Assembly: GCA_026770705.1 (NCBI GenBank)
Contig: JANJGN010000004.1
Coordinates: 145,328,001 to 145,392,000 of the forward strand
Length of the DNA: 64,000 nt
Reading direction: 5' to 3'
Source of the DNA: Isurus oxyrinchus
Taxonomy: Eukaryota
Below, piece after piece: positions 24,307 to 37,185 of this stretch; the stretch's first letter is position 1; each line of letters opens with the position of its first letter. The notes below the pieces were generated by a model. It ran no database searches. It was not told the DNA's origin and worked only from the letters and a program-made list of their open reading frames with translations. The position numbers and the translations under genes are program-made.

Positions 24307-25679
24307 CTGTGTTCCTAACCATTACATTTTCAAGCATCTTTTAAATTCAACAGAGAATGCTCTTTTCTTTCTAGTAAAGGACAGTAATTTTCTCTTGTCT
24401 GTAATTTATACAATATAAGTTGAATTAATATGATATCTACCTAGCAAAGATATTTGCACTATTTTTTGATAAAGGAGCTTACATGTAATTCCTACATTGT
24501 TTTTCAAACAGTGTTTTGTTTCAACATTACTAACCTCCATTAACTCATGAATGAAATGAACACAGGACAGGACAAATGGAGGTCCTATCAATGTAGTAAA
24601 ATATAGTTTAGAACATCTATAGTTGCCCCTATGACATTTCATCTCATAAGGTCACTTTTCAAACCCTTTAAAAATATTGTTTTTTATTTGTCATTTGTCA
24701 GGTGAAGTATTTCACCTTTAATGAGCCAATTGAAATGATTCACATAAACTTGGATTTTGTGTTCATTGTAGTGAAGGGTGACAATGAAACAAATTGAATA
24801 GTTTACCACTTTGTATCATGTAATAGCACCAAGATACTCCAAGGCTAGATTGTGTCTAGTGTTGTTACTGCTGGATTGGTGAACTTCAATTGTTGTCTCA
24901 GCTGAAGCCTCAAACTACATTATTCATGATAAAACTGTCGTTTTGTGCTTATTCAGGTGAAGGATGACAGTGCCACAGAAGGGAACATTTTCCATTTGGC
25001 AGCTGGTAGCAATATATTCTTAAGTTATGTATGGTGCTGTCAGTACCGCCAGTGAGCTTCAATAGTGTGACCTCAGCCAGAGCTTCAGAAGGGCATTGAC
25101 TTTCCAAGTTTCCTGCTGCACTTCATATCCCAGATCTGAAAACTCTGATAACCAAAATGAGACTTTGTTATGGTAAAATGCTTGCGGCTAAGCTGAGGCT
25201 GTTAATTTAAACCATTTGTGATCCTTGATGGGAACAAATAAGAGATGATTTTCTGAGTTGGATTAACTCTGGCTCTGTAAAATTTAAGCCCATGAATGTT
25301 ATCACAATTTATTCCATAACACTCCATTTATAAAAAAAAAGCTTTAAGTGTGTTCATTAAAAGGCAGTGCAGTTTTTACAGTGCTCATTAATAAACATCA
25401 ATGTACTGAATAATAAAAACATTTTGTCCTCTGAATTTGCTGTCACTTGTTAACAATTTGAACTGGCAAACATTCAGTGATTGTTGTCCTATGTACAGAT
25501 AATGGACTTTACCACCTCATTGACCTATTTTAATAAGAAAACCATTTCTAATGTTTACATTGTCAGCATTAAATTTGCATTCTTGCCAGAAAGGAAGCTT
25601 AACTATGACTTACACATAGAGCTGGTTAAAAATGCACATTTCTGAGAAAACATTTACTCCAACAGCTCTAAAATGACAA

Positions 25680-26130
25680 TACCAAGTCATGACCAAGTGA
25701 GGACAAGGGAATGGAGGGGCACAATAGGCCAGAATGGGAGGAACACAATTCTTGAAGAATGATAAGGCTGGAGAAGGTTACAGGGGTATGGAAGAAAGAG
25801 AGCACAGAGGAAACTGAACACAAAGCTGAGAGTTCTAAATTTGAGATATCCAGGGACAAATGCAGGTCAGCCTTTTATTGAAACCCTCTCTCTAGACTCT
25901 TCATCCTGCTAACTCTGGTTGCCTTTCTCTGGGCCCCATTCTCTAGCTTTTGCTCCCTAAACCATTTGTCTTTTCAACTTCCTGTCCTCCTTTGAAAACT
26001 TACTTAAACTGAACTGTTTGAGCTCTTCACAATTGTCCCCATCATCATCTTCTTTATCTTGGTGTCCATGCTTTTGTTACACTTCTGTGAAATGCAGTGG
26101 AGCATTTTTCTGTATTGAAGACACTATATT
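25680..26130. mobile_element. Old L2-like LINE 3' fragments in both orientations
   Basis: tcctcctttgaaaacttacttaaact...ctgtgaaatgcagtggagcatttttc...acactatat resembles an L2 3' tail; purine-rich reverse-strand fragment upstream. Confidence 0.4.
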
Positions 26131-26192
26131 ATTATATATGAGATAATTCCAACATAACTCTATACAGCTCCTACCTAATCCCTCCTGACACT

Positions 26193-26310
26193 TGTTCTGA
26201 AAAGTCATCAACCTGAAACATTAACTAATTCTCTCTCCACATATACTGCCAATCCTGTTGAGTATTCCAGCATTATCTGATTTTATGTGTATTCCATTGT
26301 CTTGCTTTTC
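26193..26310 (+). mobile_element. Penelope-type short insert with degenerate hammerhead motif
   Basis: gttCTGA-aaagtcatcaacct-GAAACattaact followed by ctctctccaca..actgcc...ctgttgagtattccagcatt; same family as 9157, 27384 and 49190, opposite strand. Confidence 0.65.
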
Positions 26311-26848
26311 TCTTTCCTCTGACAGATTAGTCTAATTCTTCTTGTTCGGTCTTAAATAACCTCCCTCTGAGAATAACGGTTTCAGCTTCATTAATGTTTA
26401 GGCTACATTTGTTACAGCTTCATCTTGTGACACATATGAAACAAAGCAAAAACTGTAAAGAGCAGCACCACAAGCTGCCAAAAGCCACAAAAAACTTAAC
26501 AGAGTAAATCAATACCCCATACCTTGAACAGCTTGCTGAGTAATCACTTGTTATCAGTGACAACAGGGAGGTGTATTAGTTACAATACCAGAGCCTGCTA
26601 TAAGGTGGCAATGGTTGATTTTTGCAGGCTTGAACATTTATAGAGATCTTTCAGGAAGATAGGAATATAATAAAACATTGGGCTGAAACAAGTCTGTAGT
26701 CTATCTAGAGGATCCTTGAATTGTTCAATTGCCCAGTTTCTCAAATATCTGTGCAATTATTCTTTCAAATTCTCCATATAATCTGCATTTGCTGCAATGT
26801 TCATCATTATCTTCCAGCTTGATCATTATGAAGTGTGTTGAGGTGTCT

Positions 26849-27086
26849 GTTCAAGGAAAGCTTATGGAACATGCACCATGTTAACTGGACATTAATTGTA
26901 TGTAGGTGATGGGCATTAAATGGGGATTCACCTATGCTCCTGTAAGTAAAAACAGACTGAAACTGTGCTGGTTGGATTAGGAGGTGCATGCTTGGGTTGT
27001 GTAACTCTGTAAAGAATGCTTATTAAATGTGGGTTATGGTTTGACCCCAGTTATATCTTTCACCATCTGGCTTTCTGAAGTAAACC
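26849..27086 (+). mobile_element. Possible short Gypsy-type solo LTR
   Basis: TG start, ATTAAA signal, LTR-like composition; ends poorly defined. Confidence 0.3.
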
Positions 27087-27383
27087 AGTCACTGTCAGAT
27101 GGTGAAAACAGGTATTGCCGCTGATCCAGCTGCCTGGAGCGTGGGACCTAAAGGAGAGGGGGAGAATGGAGGAGGGATCTTTTCAATTACCTTGTTATTG
27201 ATTCCTATATTGGGAGGGAGAAAGAGGAAGAGACAACAATAATCAACAAAATCTGCTCTGAAGGAAGAAGAGAGAGATAGACACCAGCCCTTACAACAAG
27301 ATTGGGTTGTTTGGTGCTTATTTCTTAAAGATTGTTTTTGAAGTTGTAGGGCAAGGAAGAAAGAAAGAGGCTGGAAGGTCATC

Positions 27384-27483
27384 AAACAAAAACAAAAATA
27401 CCTGGAAAAACTCAGCAGGTTTGACAGCATCTGCGGAGAGGAATACAATTAATGTTTCGAGTCCATATGAATCTTCACCAGAA
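27384..27483 (-). mobile_element. Penelope-type short insert with degenerate hammerhead motif
   Basis: aaaatacctggaaaaactcagcagg...; minus strand CTGGTGA-agattcatatggactc-GAAAC; approximate TSD tggaaggtcat / tggaagatcat (27372-82, 27484-94). Confidence 0.7.
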
Positions 27484-27879
27484 TGGAAGATCATGAAGTG
27501 GGTGTGAGTGTGTTCCTGCAAACTGTCTGGGCTGAAGACACTAATAGCTTACCCCCCCACTGGCCCCCCCCACCATTCACTGTCCACCCCACCAGCTTAG
27601 CATTAACGGCCTGGGAAAGCTGGATCTGCCTTTATGTAGTTTGCTTTCATTGTATCAATAAGGCCTGGTGAAGAACTGTGCCTGTATGTTCTGGGTGAAG
27701 ATATCTCCTCCCTCTGCCTGGAAGATCACAACTTGAAACTTGAAAAGTCCCCAGACAGTGAACCCTTGCAGCACTCACCCATTCACCAAGCCTGACCTTT
27801 GAGTGGTAACTCCACCCTGTATAACTTTTCTCTTTCTCCCCTCCTTCCCTCCTTTGTTCTCTCTCTCTTTCTTTCTGAG

Positions 27880-29690
27880 AGGCAAACTGACTTGAACATC
27901 AGCCTCATCGGTAATTATTGTTGTGTCTTTGAAACTGCACAGAAGGAAGGAAGCCACTCTCACAACCCAGTCAAAGGGAGGGCTGTTTGCCTTTTGCTGC
28001 CCCTCTGTTGTACACAATGATTATCATCAGGCCAGAAACTTGGGGTGGCTGTAGCTAACAAAGTTTCATGGCAACTCCATCTTTGCCAGTAGTGGGGTCT
28101 GCAAGGACTTAACTGAGAGTGGCTGCCTCTGCTGTTCCCTCTCCCCTGTCCATTATTTACACTAATCAACAAAAGGCTTTGAGTGAAGAGCTACATTCAC
28201 CCAAATGTGACAATCAAGGCCTATACAAAAGTCATGGCTGAGGTTGCCATTGTAGCTATCTCAAAAATACACCAGAAGGTTGTGCTCTCCCTGAAGACCA
28301 AGCAGGCACTACAAATTGCCCTCAAGAGGAGGCTAATGGTGGACAGGACCTTCCTGCTGGTGGACTTTCTTGAGGCAACATGTAGCGTACTGTTATCTCC
28401 AATATCCCACCCTATACCCTAGGTGAGCTCTTCCTCCCCAACCTTCACCAGCTAAGTGAGGTGAAGTTGGGGGTGGTGTCAATCCTCTTCGGCTTTAGAG
28501 AGCTCAGCCTCCAGCCTGTCCTCTACTTACAGTACTAGGTCTTTGTAGGAATGGCACAGGAGGAGGCTACAGAGTGCCCTTTCACTGTCCAGCACCAGGA
28601 GGCCACTTACCACATTTCCTGGATGTCAGATCGTGCTATGCTTGTAAGAAGGTGGGGCATGTACAAAGGAACTAGCCTGCCTCCCAGGCCACCAAAACAT
28701 CCCAGGCATCAGAGGTTGGCCTTGCCTCCCCTTGCTCTGCTCCCATTTACACATCCGGTCCCCTGGGTGTGCGGTCATTGCCGGTGATGTTGACCACCAA
28801 GAGTGAGGGGGGTGGAGTGGGGATGGAGGGAGTGTCAGTGCAGAAGAAAGATGCAGTGAAGAAGAAAAAACCTCAAGGTAACCCTCTGATAGCATGAGTT
28901 AGCCCACGACTAACTCAGCTTGTGCCCCTGAGCTCGTGAGTAGTCCCACATGTGTTGCGGTTCTCCGAACAAATCCTGCCTGTGCCCCTGTGATCAAGAA
29001 CAGTGCTGTATGTCCCTGTGCCCGCAAGCAATCCCACGAGTATTCCTGTGTCTGTGAGCAATCTCATGTGCAACCCTGTGCCCGTGAGTAGTCCTGCTTG
29101 TGTCTCTGTGCCTGTGAGCACCCTGTGTGTTCCTATGGTCTGCAAGTGATCCCATGTGTGCCCCGTGTCCATGAGTCATCCCACATGTGTTCCTATGCCT
29201 GAGAGTGATCCCATGTTTCTCCCTGTGCCCAGGAGTGATCCTGCATGTGCCCCTGCACCCATGAGTAATCCCACATCTGTCCCTTTGCCCGTGAGTGATA
29301 CTGCATATGTCCCTCTGCCTGTGAATGATCCCATGCCCACCAGTGATCCTGTGTGTGGCTCTGTGCCCATGAGTGATCCTGGTTGCAACTCTGTAACTGT
29401 ATTTGATCCTGAAACCGTGCCCACTTTGGCAGAACTTACACATTCTACATCCAGGCTGGAGGGTGCAGCAACGGAGGTTGTTCAGGAGGTTGCAACTGAT
29501 CTCTATGTCTGACCTGTGCCTCTTGGGGTTGGGAGAGGCCCACTGCCTGAGGTAGATGTGGAGAATCCACCCAGTTTGACTCAGCCACTTGTCACCAGGT
29601 GGCTGCCCTGAAGGTTGAGGTCCGTGAGGTCGATGAGGCTGAGCCCACCTGGCCGCATGCTGACATGCCTCAGGACCTGCTTAGCCTGCT
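27880..29690 (+). mobile_element. Tx1 (L1-Tx1 clade) LINE: 5' UTR plus ORF1 pseudogene, no ORF2
   Basis: ATG 28068 (MATPSLP); VKSYIHPNVTI...AIVAISKIHQKVVLSLK; TVISNIPPY; CCHC knuckle CYACKKVGHVQRN*P at 28634-28678; frameshifts and stops. Confidence 0.8.
28921..29380 (+). repeat. Degenerate 30-bp tandem repeat (~15 units) within Tx1 ORF1
   Basis: Consensus approx. ccctgtgcccgtgagtgatcccacatgtgt, giving decapeptides PVPxSDPxCV (ORF 29156..29512). Confidence 0.85.
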
Positions 29691-30159
29691 AAAGTATTCA
29701 CTTAAAAAGGTTCCACACAAGTAACACACAAGGTCAAAAGGCCTGAAGTGTTGTAATGATAAACATTTAGCAGGTAGGGGGGTCAAACAAACTTACAAAA
29801 CCTGCAAATTTCAGCCATATACCAGTCAATTACTGATTGTATAATGCTTTACAGCAACAACAATTTCTAAACAACATGCTGTAACAAGTAATTCTTACTA
29901 TTCATCCTTCATCTTAATATTGTATGAGTATCTGAATGGCTGACTTCAGTTTTTTTGGACTCATATTGGCTCATTTATTCCAGGATCAATTAACCACATA
30001 AATATACAACTGGTGTGGTCATTTCAGCTTTATGGCAATACAATACAATTCTACCTTTCTAATTCAACAAAAATATTATCAAATGCCTTCAGAATTAAAA
30101 TTGTTGCTTGTCTTAGAAATTAAATAAATTAGGATAGCACACAATAGACAGTTGTGTAA

Positions 30160-31760
30160 CGCCATTAGCTGAGGTCTTCATGCTGACTGAGGAGCTGCTG
30201 GCTGCTTCCTGTGTAACATTAATGAGCTGGAATGGCACAAGTAGCTGCACCAAGACTAGCGCAATGCTGAGCTTCTCCATTCATGTACCTATCCAGTGGC
30301 TGGAGACTCTCTGGCAGGCCTGTCAATGCACCAAGTATCTCAGTGTGTATCATGATCAGCCTTTCCTGTAATCCATCCCAACAAGGTGCTCATCTAAGCC
30401 TCCTGCAGCAGAATCTGTGTGTGGCCTGGTTCTCTGGGAAGTTTGCACATGAGCTGACCTATCCCTCTGGCCTGACTGCAGCCTACTCGTGTCTTGTGAC
30501 TCACCATGTGCAGATCCTAACCCTATGCTAGCCTCTAAGATATGCACAGAGTCAGTATTTGAGCTGGCAACTGCAGGCGTAAGGTCAAGTGATGATGCTA
30601 TTTCCTCTGATATTTGCTTTTACTATTGGCCTTCCTCATGAGGCTGCAATGTGACCAGGCAATAATTCCAGATGACCTCAAATTTGAAAAGCTTGAGGGG
30701 GAGGGGAGGGTTGAGGAAATTGGGGATGGGGAGGAAAGCCTGCAGTTCCATGTCATGCTACCTGTCACGATGGGAGTGAGGAGCAAGTAGAAAAGTGCAC
30801 AAGGCAACAAATTATCATCATTCTCAATGGCCTCGGCAGCACTGGATCCTTGCCCTGTGGCATTGGAGCCAAAGTTTCTATGTGCCTTCCCTTCCAGGGT
30901 GTTGACTGGATGTAGGTATGATGATCCTTCACTGATGCTGTGGGTTTCCTTCCTTTGTGGGCCACTTTCTCCTGCAAGATAGAGGCCCGAATGTCAGTGA
31001 CTGTGTGGATTCTGTGCCTTCCACAACTTAATAACTTTAGATTTGAGGGGTTATGCATTTGTGGCTGGCATATTGGAAGATGTTTGTGGGTGAGGTGTAG
31101 GTGTAAGACCTGAGTGTCAGGGCATGCTGCTGAATAAGTAACAGGGATGTGGTGCATCGAGGAGTGAGGGAGGTCAGTGGCATGGTAGTTGCGGGATGTG
31201 ATGTGCAGATGCATTCACTCACCTTGATCACTCCAGTGAGGTCATTAAACTCTTTTTGGCATTGTTATCATGCCCTGGTTGCAACATTCCAACGTCGCCA
31301 CCTGCTTCTATTCTCCTCAGCGGCTCATTCTTGAGGACATCCTGCTCCCCAACAGAAACATGGCCTTCTTCGTGGCATCACCTCTCTGACTACCGCATTC
31401 AGTGTGACACCGCTAAAGAGGGAAGGCCTTCCCTTGGGCTGATTTGCAATCCTCCTTTTCTCTCAGTGCTTCAATGTGATTATCTAGCATCCTGCAGTGC
31501 ATTGCTGCAAATTCCCTTTTATAGGGACTGAACCTTTAAGAAACAAAGATTGCCTGAAGGTTTCTTCAGAATACTACTTGGCCCCCTGTGGTACACAGAA
31601 GACGCCAATAACATAATGAAGACCAGTTCAATCCAGCAGCTGCTTATTGCCATGCTACAGTCAAGCAAATGAGGTCGGTATGTGAATTTTACATGCTCCC
31701 CCGACATTTACAATCAGTGTGGGCATATCACAAATCATGGACCCCTTGCCCAAAATTTTG
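30160..31760 (-). mobile_element. Harbinger Myb/SANT gene remnant (3 exons), divergent subfamily
   Basis: Exon 1 ends QCQKEFNDLTGVIK|gtgag (~31221); exon 2 cttgcag|EKVAHKGRK (~30971); exon-3-like SEEIASSLDLT...ASIGLGSAHGES parallels 60825-60960. Confidence 0.75.
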
Positions 31761-31849
31761 GGCAGACAAAATTCTAACACCGTAGATTGAACTTAATGGA
31801 GACTTCCAGAGCGAGCATGGTAGTAGGGGGTGGCGGGGTGGGTAGTGGC

Positions 31850-32440
31850 TGGGAGAATCAGATGGGAGTACCCACATCAGATTACTGTTCTTGGAAAAAC
31901 TGCCCCCAACTGAGTTGGGAGTGTGAAGGGTCTGATGCATGAATCCTGCCCACTGGTGGCAAGAAAGCAACTAGGTTCATTAATGAGCTATTTAAAACCA
32001 ATTATCTCTGAGCCCACTGGAATTGAATTACGGCTTAGGGATTTAATGGGACTCGCACAGTTTTCCTGTACCTCCTAAAGATGGCTCAGCAAATTACCTG
32101 CAGCTTCATGGGTAGGATCCCTTGTTCACAGGCACTATATGCTCAATCGAGGGACCCAACATCAGAAAGGGGGACACTTTAAGGCCACCCCTGCCTTTTC
32201 CTTAGAATCACCCCCTCACCGATGACCCCCTCCCCACAACCCCAACCCCCTTCACTTACCTCTCCAGTATTGATCCTAGGACTGGGCCTCAGTGCAATCC
32301 AGTGGTGCTGCTGGCAATGGATACCTGCCAGTGTCTGACTGGCCAGCAGGTCTTGGGTGTGGGATTTCTGCTATCCAGGGGCCTTAGTAGAATGGGAGAT
32401 CCAACTCTGACCAGTTATGCACCTGACGGTCATGGAAGCG
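31850..32440. mobile_element. Old Harbinger-type MITE remnant
   Basis: Shares blocks with 7830-8360 (tcaggcactctgtgcccgattgagggaccc; cttcactcacct). Confidence 0.45.
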
Positions 32441-32540
32441 ACACAACCAGTGAGGGACACCTGTATCACTGAAACAAAACACTTAGTGACATTATCATTT
32501 TATAGTTAAAAGCAAATATATTTTGGGCAAAAGAAGTAGT

Positions 32541-35500
32541 TGTAGTATAAGAGTTTGTAAGGGTTAATGTGCAAGGGGTTAATGATGATTTAAGAGAACA
32601 CATGACTAAGAGTCAAGAAGGAGAATGTTCATGGCTTAGAAAGATTAACACCTCATCATGAGTAACTGTACATCGTTTAGTTATATATCATAAACTAGTT
32701 GGTCTTCGAACATACCAACATCTCAGCAATTGTTCCTCAGCTAGACTAACCAACGTACGACATGGTGTCAGAAGAGAAATCCTGCAACATGTTGGCAGCA
32801 GTGATGGATCCCAAAAATCTGAAAATTCAACTTTAAAGAAGATTTGATGTCAGACCAGCAAAGTGATGCCAAAACTGCAGAACTCTAAGACACAGTTGAG
32901 AAACACCAAAACTGCTCCATAGATGAAGTGGAGGCAGAAAGAGTCAGAAAGTCAACCTTGAAAGTTAATCAGTGCTTCACTGCAGCACATGGCGGTCTGT
33001 GAAGGAAGTCCAGTGATCATAGGCTTCAAATTGGAGAACCAAAAAAGATCATGGAACTGGTGAGCAACCCTTAAAGAAGGGTAAAAAAATCAATTTTACT
33101 GATGCAATGGGCAGGCAGCACATGGTAAACCCTGCAGTCTGGGTCTGAGATCAGCATCATTACACATGGCAACCGTGAGATAGCACAAACAAATACAGAA
33201 AGCAGCTGCAAATACTCGATGCTCCAGGGCAAGTGAGTGAAAAGGTTATATGAAATAACTTAAAGCCATGTAGTTTTTAATAGCCTTTTGGTGTTGAGAG
33301 AAAAATAAATAAATATCAAGTCTAGCTGCAAGTTCTTCCAGGGAGGGACAGTGACCATAGCGGGTCTCAGTCAGAGGCTGAACAGCACACGAAAACTTCA
33401 AAAACTAGAACGAAACTTTAACATTTCGGGTAAACCACCTAAAAGCTTAAAAAAGCCATGGATCCTCAACCTATGCTGGGAGGTTTGGACACATGGAAGG
33501 GCCAAATTAAACTCAAAACTGGGCACTTTGGAGAAAAATATTCTGAAAGTTCTGAATTGCTTCAGGGTTGGACAGTAAGTCTGAAGTTGAACAGGGCAAT
33601 GCATTACTTTACTCCACAGGAACAGTAGCAGATGATGTTATTGCAAGACAGGGCATCAATGACACCCCTGATAAATTTGAGAATGTCTTAAAAGCCTTTG
33701 ATAACTATTTCAACTTGAAGAGCAATAAGATTCTGAAAAGGGCCAAATTTAACAAAAGGGCACAGAAACCAGGTGAATGAACAGGCGCTTTTATTAATGG
33801 CCTTTACAGGCTGGCTGAAGGATGCGAGTGTAGACACCTAAAAAAATAATTCATTTGAGGCCCCATTATAGTTGGTGTTACCGATGAACCCCTATCAGGC
33901 TTATTACAACAGAAGGGAGACCTAACTTCAGAAAAAGCAAAACAGCTGGTGAGACAAACTGAGGTTCATAAACCACAACTGAGCAATACTGCAAGGTGAA
34001 GAAAAACTTTGGCACAGGAAAACTCCAGTGACCACACGGTTCCTTAAGCCCAGGAATGTAAAAGAAGCATCAGAAAAGAAGGTACAATTTGAAGGGAAAG
34101 TACAAGATGCTATAAAACTCTGCTACACTGTGGCACCAAAAAGGCTCACAGGCACAAACCGTGTCCTGAAAACATTGCAGAATGCTTTCTCTGTAGGAGA
34201 ATTGGCCATTTAACTAGATAATACAGCAGGTGTAATGGTTTTATTACACAATGGCTACCAATGCATTGCTAGTAGCCAATGGAAATCCAGCTATACAGTC
34301 TGGGAAGGATCCAATTGAAAGTCAAGGGACAGTTACAGACAAAGGAAAGCAGATATTAGAAACATTGTATGTTTTACAGAATAAGGAATTCTTTCTTTTA
34401 AGTAGAAAACCATACATAGACCTCAATCTTGTCAATAAAGTGGAGGGATTCATTCAGCAAGAATTCAAGGGGGACTTTAGAAATGATCCCTGAAACTATT
34501 CAACTGCAATGATGATCTGGATTGTAACTTCAGCATTGACTTTTTGACACTCTTCACAGAGATCGATAGTCCACCTGTTTTGCAAGAGGACACCCAGGAG
34601 CAAGTGAGTGAATTCACTCACAACAAGTGCACAGTGAAAAAATTAAACCAGAAAAACCAAGAAAATTAGAATAATCACTCATCACTTGTAGTAGTGCTTC
34701 AAAAGTGGAAGAGAAAAATCTGTTGATGGAACACTGCTCAAATACCACATTCACCCAACAATGGAGACCTTCTAAAGTACATCTACATGTATCCATCCAC
34801 CAATAGGTGGTCATCAAGGGTGTTCACAGTCAAAGAAGTCAATAAGTAGACATGGAACCAAACCACGCAATGTCTGCCTTTTCTACGTGGAAAGAAGTGA
34901 ACTGATTGATAAAGCAGTTCTGTTGGATTTTGAGGGAAACCAAGACATTGATCAGGTGGATCCCTCACATCCTACCCAAAGAATCACTTCTGGGCTAGAA
35001 GACCAGGATCATCAGAGAGTTTAGAATGAGAGACTGCAAGGAGTGATCATCTAGAAGTAAAGAACTTCAAAGAAAAACAATCATAGGAATGAGGGTGAAC
35101 TCCAGAGGCAACAATAGGGAATGTGTGAAATGCAAAGAGCAGGATAAACCTACAAAATTAAATCAAGGAAGAGGGACATGTGATGGAAAAAATGTATAAC
35201 AACTAACAGAGGAAGAAAAGGATCAAGTCCAGATCCAGAAAGGAAAGAAGGAATATTATTACAGAGAGGTGACAAGCAACAGAGATCATATTTAGTACAC
35301 ACTGTTACGAATGTTGGAATGAGTGCACAGTTTCTTGAGCACCACTACTCCACAGGTCACACCATTGGTGTAAATGTTTAATTCACTCACCAAAATGACC
35401 AATTGTGTACCTTCACTACTGTTAGACCAAGGATAGAAGAAACTTTAGCCAGGCTTCTTTCAATAAACTCAAAATGATTGATTTATTATTAAATGAAACT

Positions 35501-37185
35501 TCATTTTAAAACAAGTTGCAAGAACTGGTTAAAACACAATTTGTAATCTGGAAATGCAACTATCCAACCCTTTTAAAATGCCCCAGTGTGCATGCACGCA
35601 TGCATGCACACACACAGGTAGGGTCTTTGCAGAGATTGGTGGTTAAAGAAAAACTTAATGAAAAGGATAATGTTCACAGGATTTTGACGTTGTCAATCTG
35701 ATGCTCCCTTGTATGAAGATGGATCATTAGTGAATGAAGGTGCTCACCAACGGGGCTTCGGTGTGGTGGAGTATAGAACTGGATCAATCTTTGGGCTGTC
35801 CCTCTCATCTCAGCTTCTCAGGTTTCCAAACAGAGGCAAGTTCCACTGAGATGAGGATTTCTAGCTGGATGCTGATAATCAAACTGTATTTCAGGCAAAA
35901 CAAGGAGAGCACAGGTTGGCAGCTTTCCACTTCTCGGTTTTTCCCAAATGAGTTAAAAAAAAAGTTCAAGACATAAAACTCATCGGCATGAGGTGATTTA
36001 CAGTAAATCACCAGGGCCTACGCCTTTAAAACAGTTTTATTTTCCAGCCATTAAAGTAATTACAGTTCAAATAAATAAATAGTAAAGAAGCATTAGAAAA
36101 GAAGGTACAATTTGAAGGGAAAATACAAGAAGCTATAAAACTCTGCCAGCACTGTGGCACCAAAAAGGCTCACAGGCACAAACCGTGTCCTGAAAACATT
36201 GCACAAGTTTTCTTTGTAGGAGAATTGGCCATTTAACTAGATAATACAGCAGGCATTATGGTTTTATTATTAGCATCCAGCTAGAAATCCTCAACTCAGT
36301 GAAACTTGTCTGTGTTTGGAAAACTGAGAAGATGAGATGAGAGGGAGAGCTCTATTCTCCAGCATGTCAAAGCTCCATTAGTGAGCACCTTCAGACATCT
36401 ACGAGGACTAGCCATTAAAGTAATTACAGTTCAATTAATATGTTCAAATAAGTGACTAACTCTCCTCCTCAAGTGCCATGCTGGTCATTTACCTGAAGTC
36501 ATGTGATTTCATGGAAAAGACATGCTTGCTCATAGTCCAAGGTGAACCTATCCAGGCCAGTTCCCAAGTGTACTTCCAAATTTTTAAAAGAAAACACAGT
36601 TCTTGAAGATATGGTTTCCCAACAGTACTTCGGAAGGTACTATGCAAAGAAACCAGAGGAATTTTATTTCTAGTCTTCAAAATGACAATCAGTCATATAT
36701 TTGGAAGAACCAGACGTGGAGTCAGAATTTAATAAAGAACCAGGTCTTACAACAACTATCAATGAAGGTCATCCAAGTTAGGAAAAATGAGTTCAAGGCA
36801 AAACTACTGATCTTCCAAGTCTGACACAAATTCACAAAGAACACAATCAGGGAGAGTTGTGAACACTCCTGACAGATTGAGTCTGAGATGTCAGAGACTT
36901 GGAGGATGGGGATGTATGTAAATATGAATGTAAAAATTATGGACAAAGACTTGGGGGAGATGTATTATTTGGATTTGTAAGGATCAATATGTGGGTCTAT
37001 GTAAAAATTAACTCCCATAAAGATGGTGTAAGAGAACACATGACTAAAATATACATGGTTTCAAGAGAGTAATGCCTAGTCATGAGTACCTGTACATAAT
37101 TTAGTTATATGTAATAAGCAAGTATTGTTTGAACATATCAACGTCTCAGCAATCAATCCTTAGCTAGACTAACAAACATACAACA
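32541..37185 (+). mobile_element. Gypsy LTR retrotransposon, internally deleted (gag remnants, most of pol lost)
   Basis: LTRs 32541-32762 and 36961-37185 (TG...CA, mutually similar); PBS tggtgtcagaag 32763; PPT gggggaga before 36961; gag ORF 33568..33780 (FDNYF...RAKFNKRAQKPGE); Zn-knuckle remnants ~34120-34210. Confidence 0.85.
35420..36624 (-). mobile_element. Solo LTR inserted in the Gypsy element, internally rearranged
   Basis: TGTT...AACA termini; near-TSD ctac/gtac; reverse-strand AATAAA ~35482. Confidence 0.6.

Noticed and set aside
24702-24800. VKYFTFNEP, resembling the glycoside hydrolase family 1 TFNEP motif, after an acceptor
   Set aside because: Spacing is one residue short, the conserved Trp is absent, the frame closes after ~31 codons, and no other GH1 exons were found
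24963-25175. ATG-initiated leader-like, Cys-containing frame (MTVPQKG...SCCTS)
   Set aside because: Two in-frame stops and no recognisable family
28921-29380. CRISPR-like periodic array
   Set aside because: Contiguous degenerate 30-bp units with no unique spacers, no cas genes, and a vertebrate context
27890-29690. Long minus-strand pseudo-exon with a kinase-like string (SHLVTSG*VKLGGFS) and ice-nucleation-like GSLxGTG repeats
   Set aside because: It is the antisense of the Tx1 ORF1, whose motifs are clear on the plus strand; outside the repeat, stop density is about random
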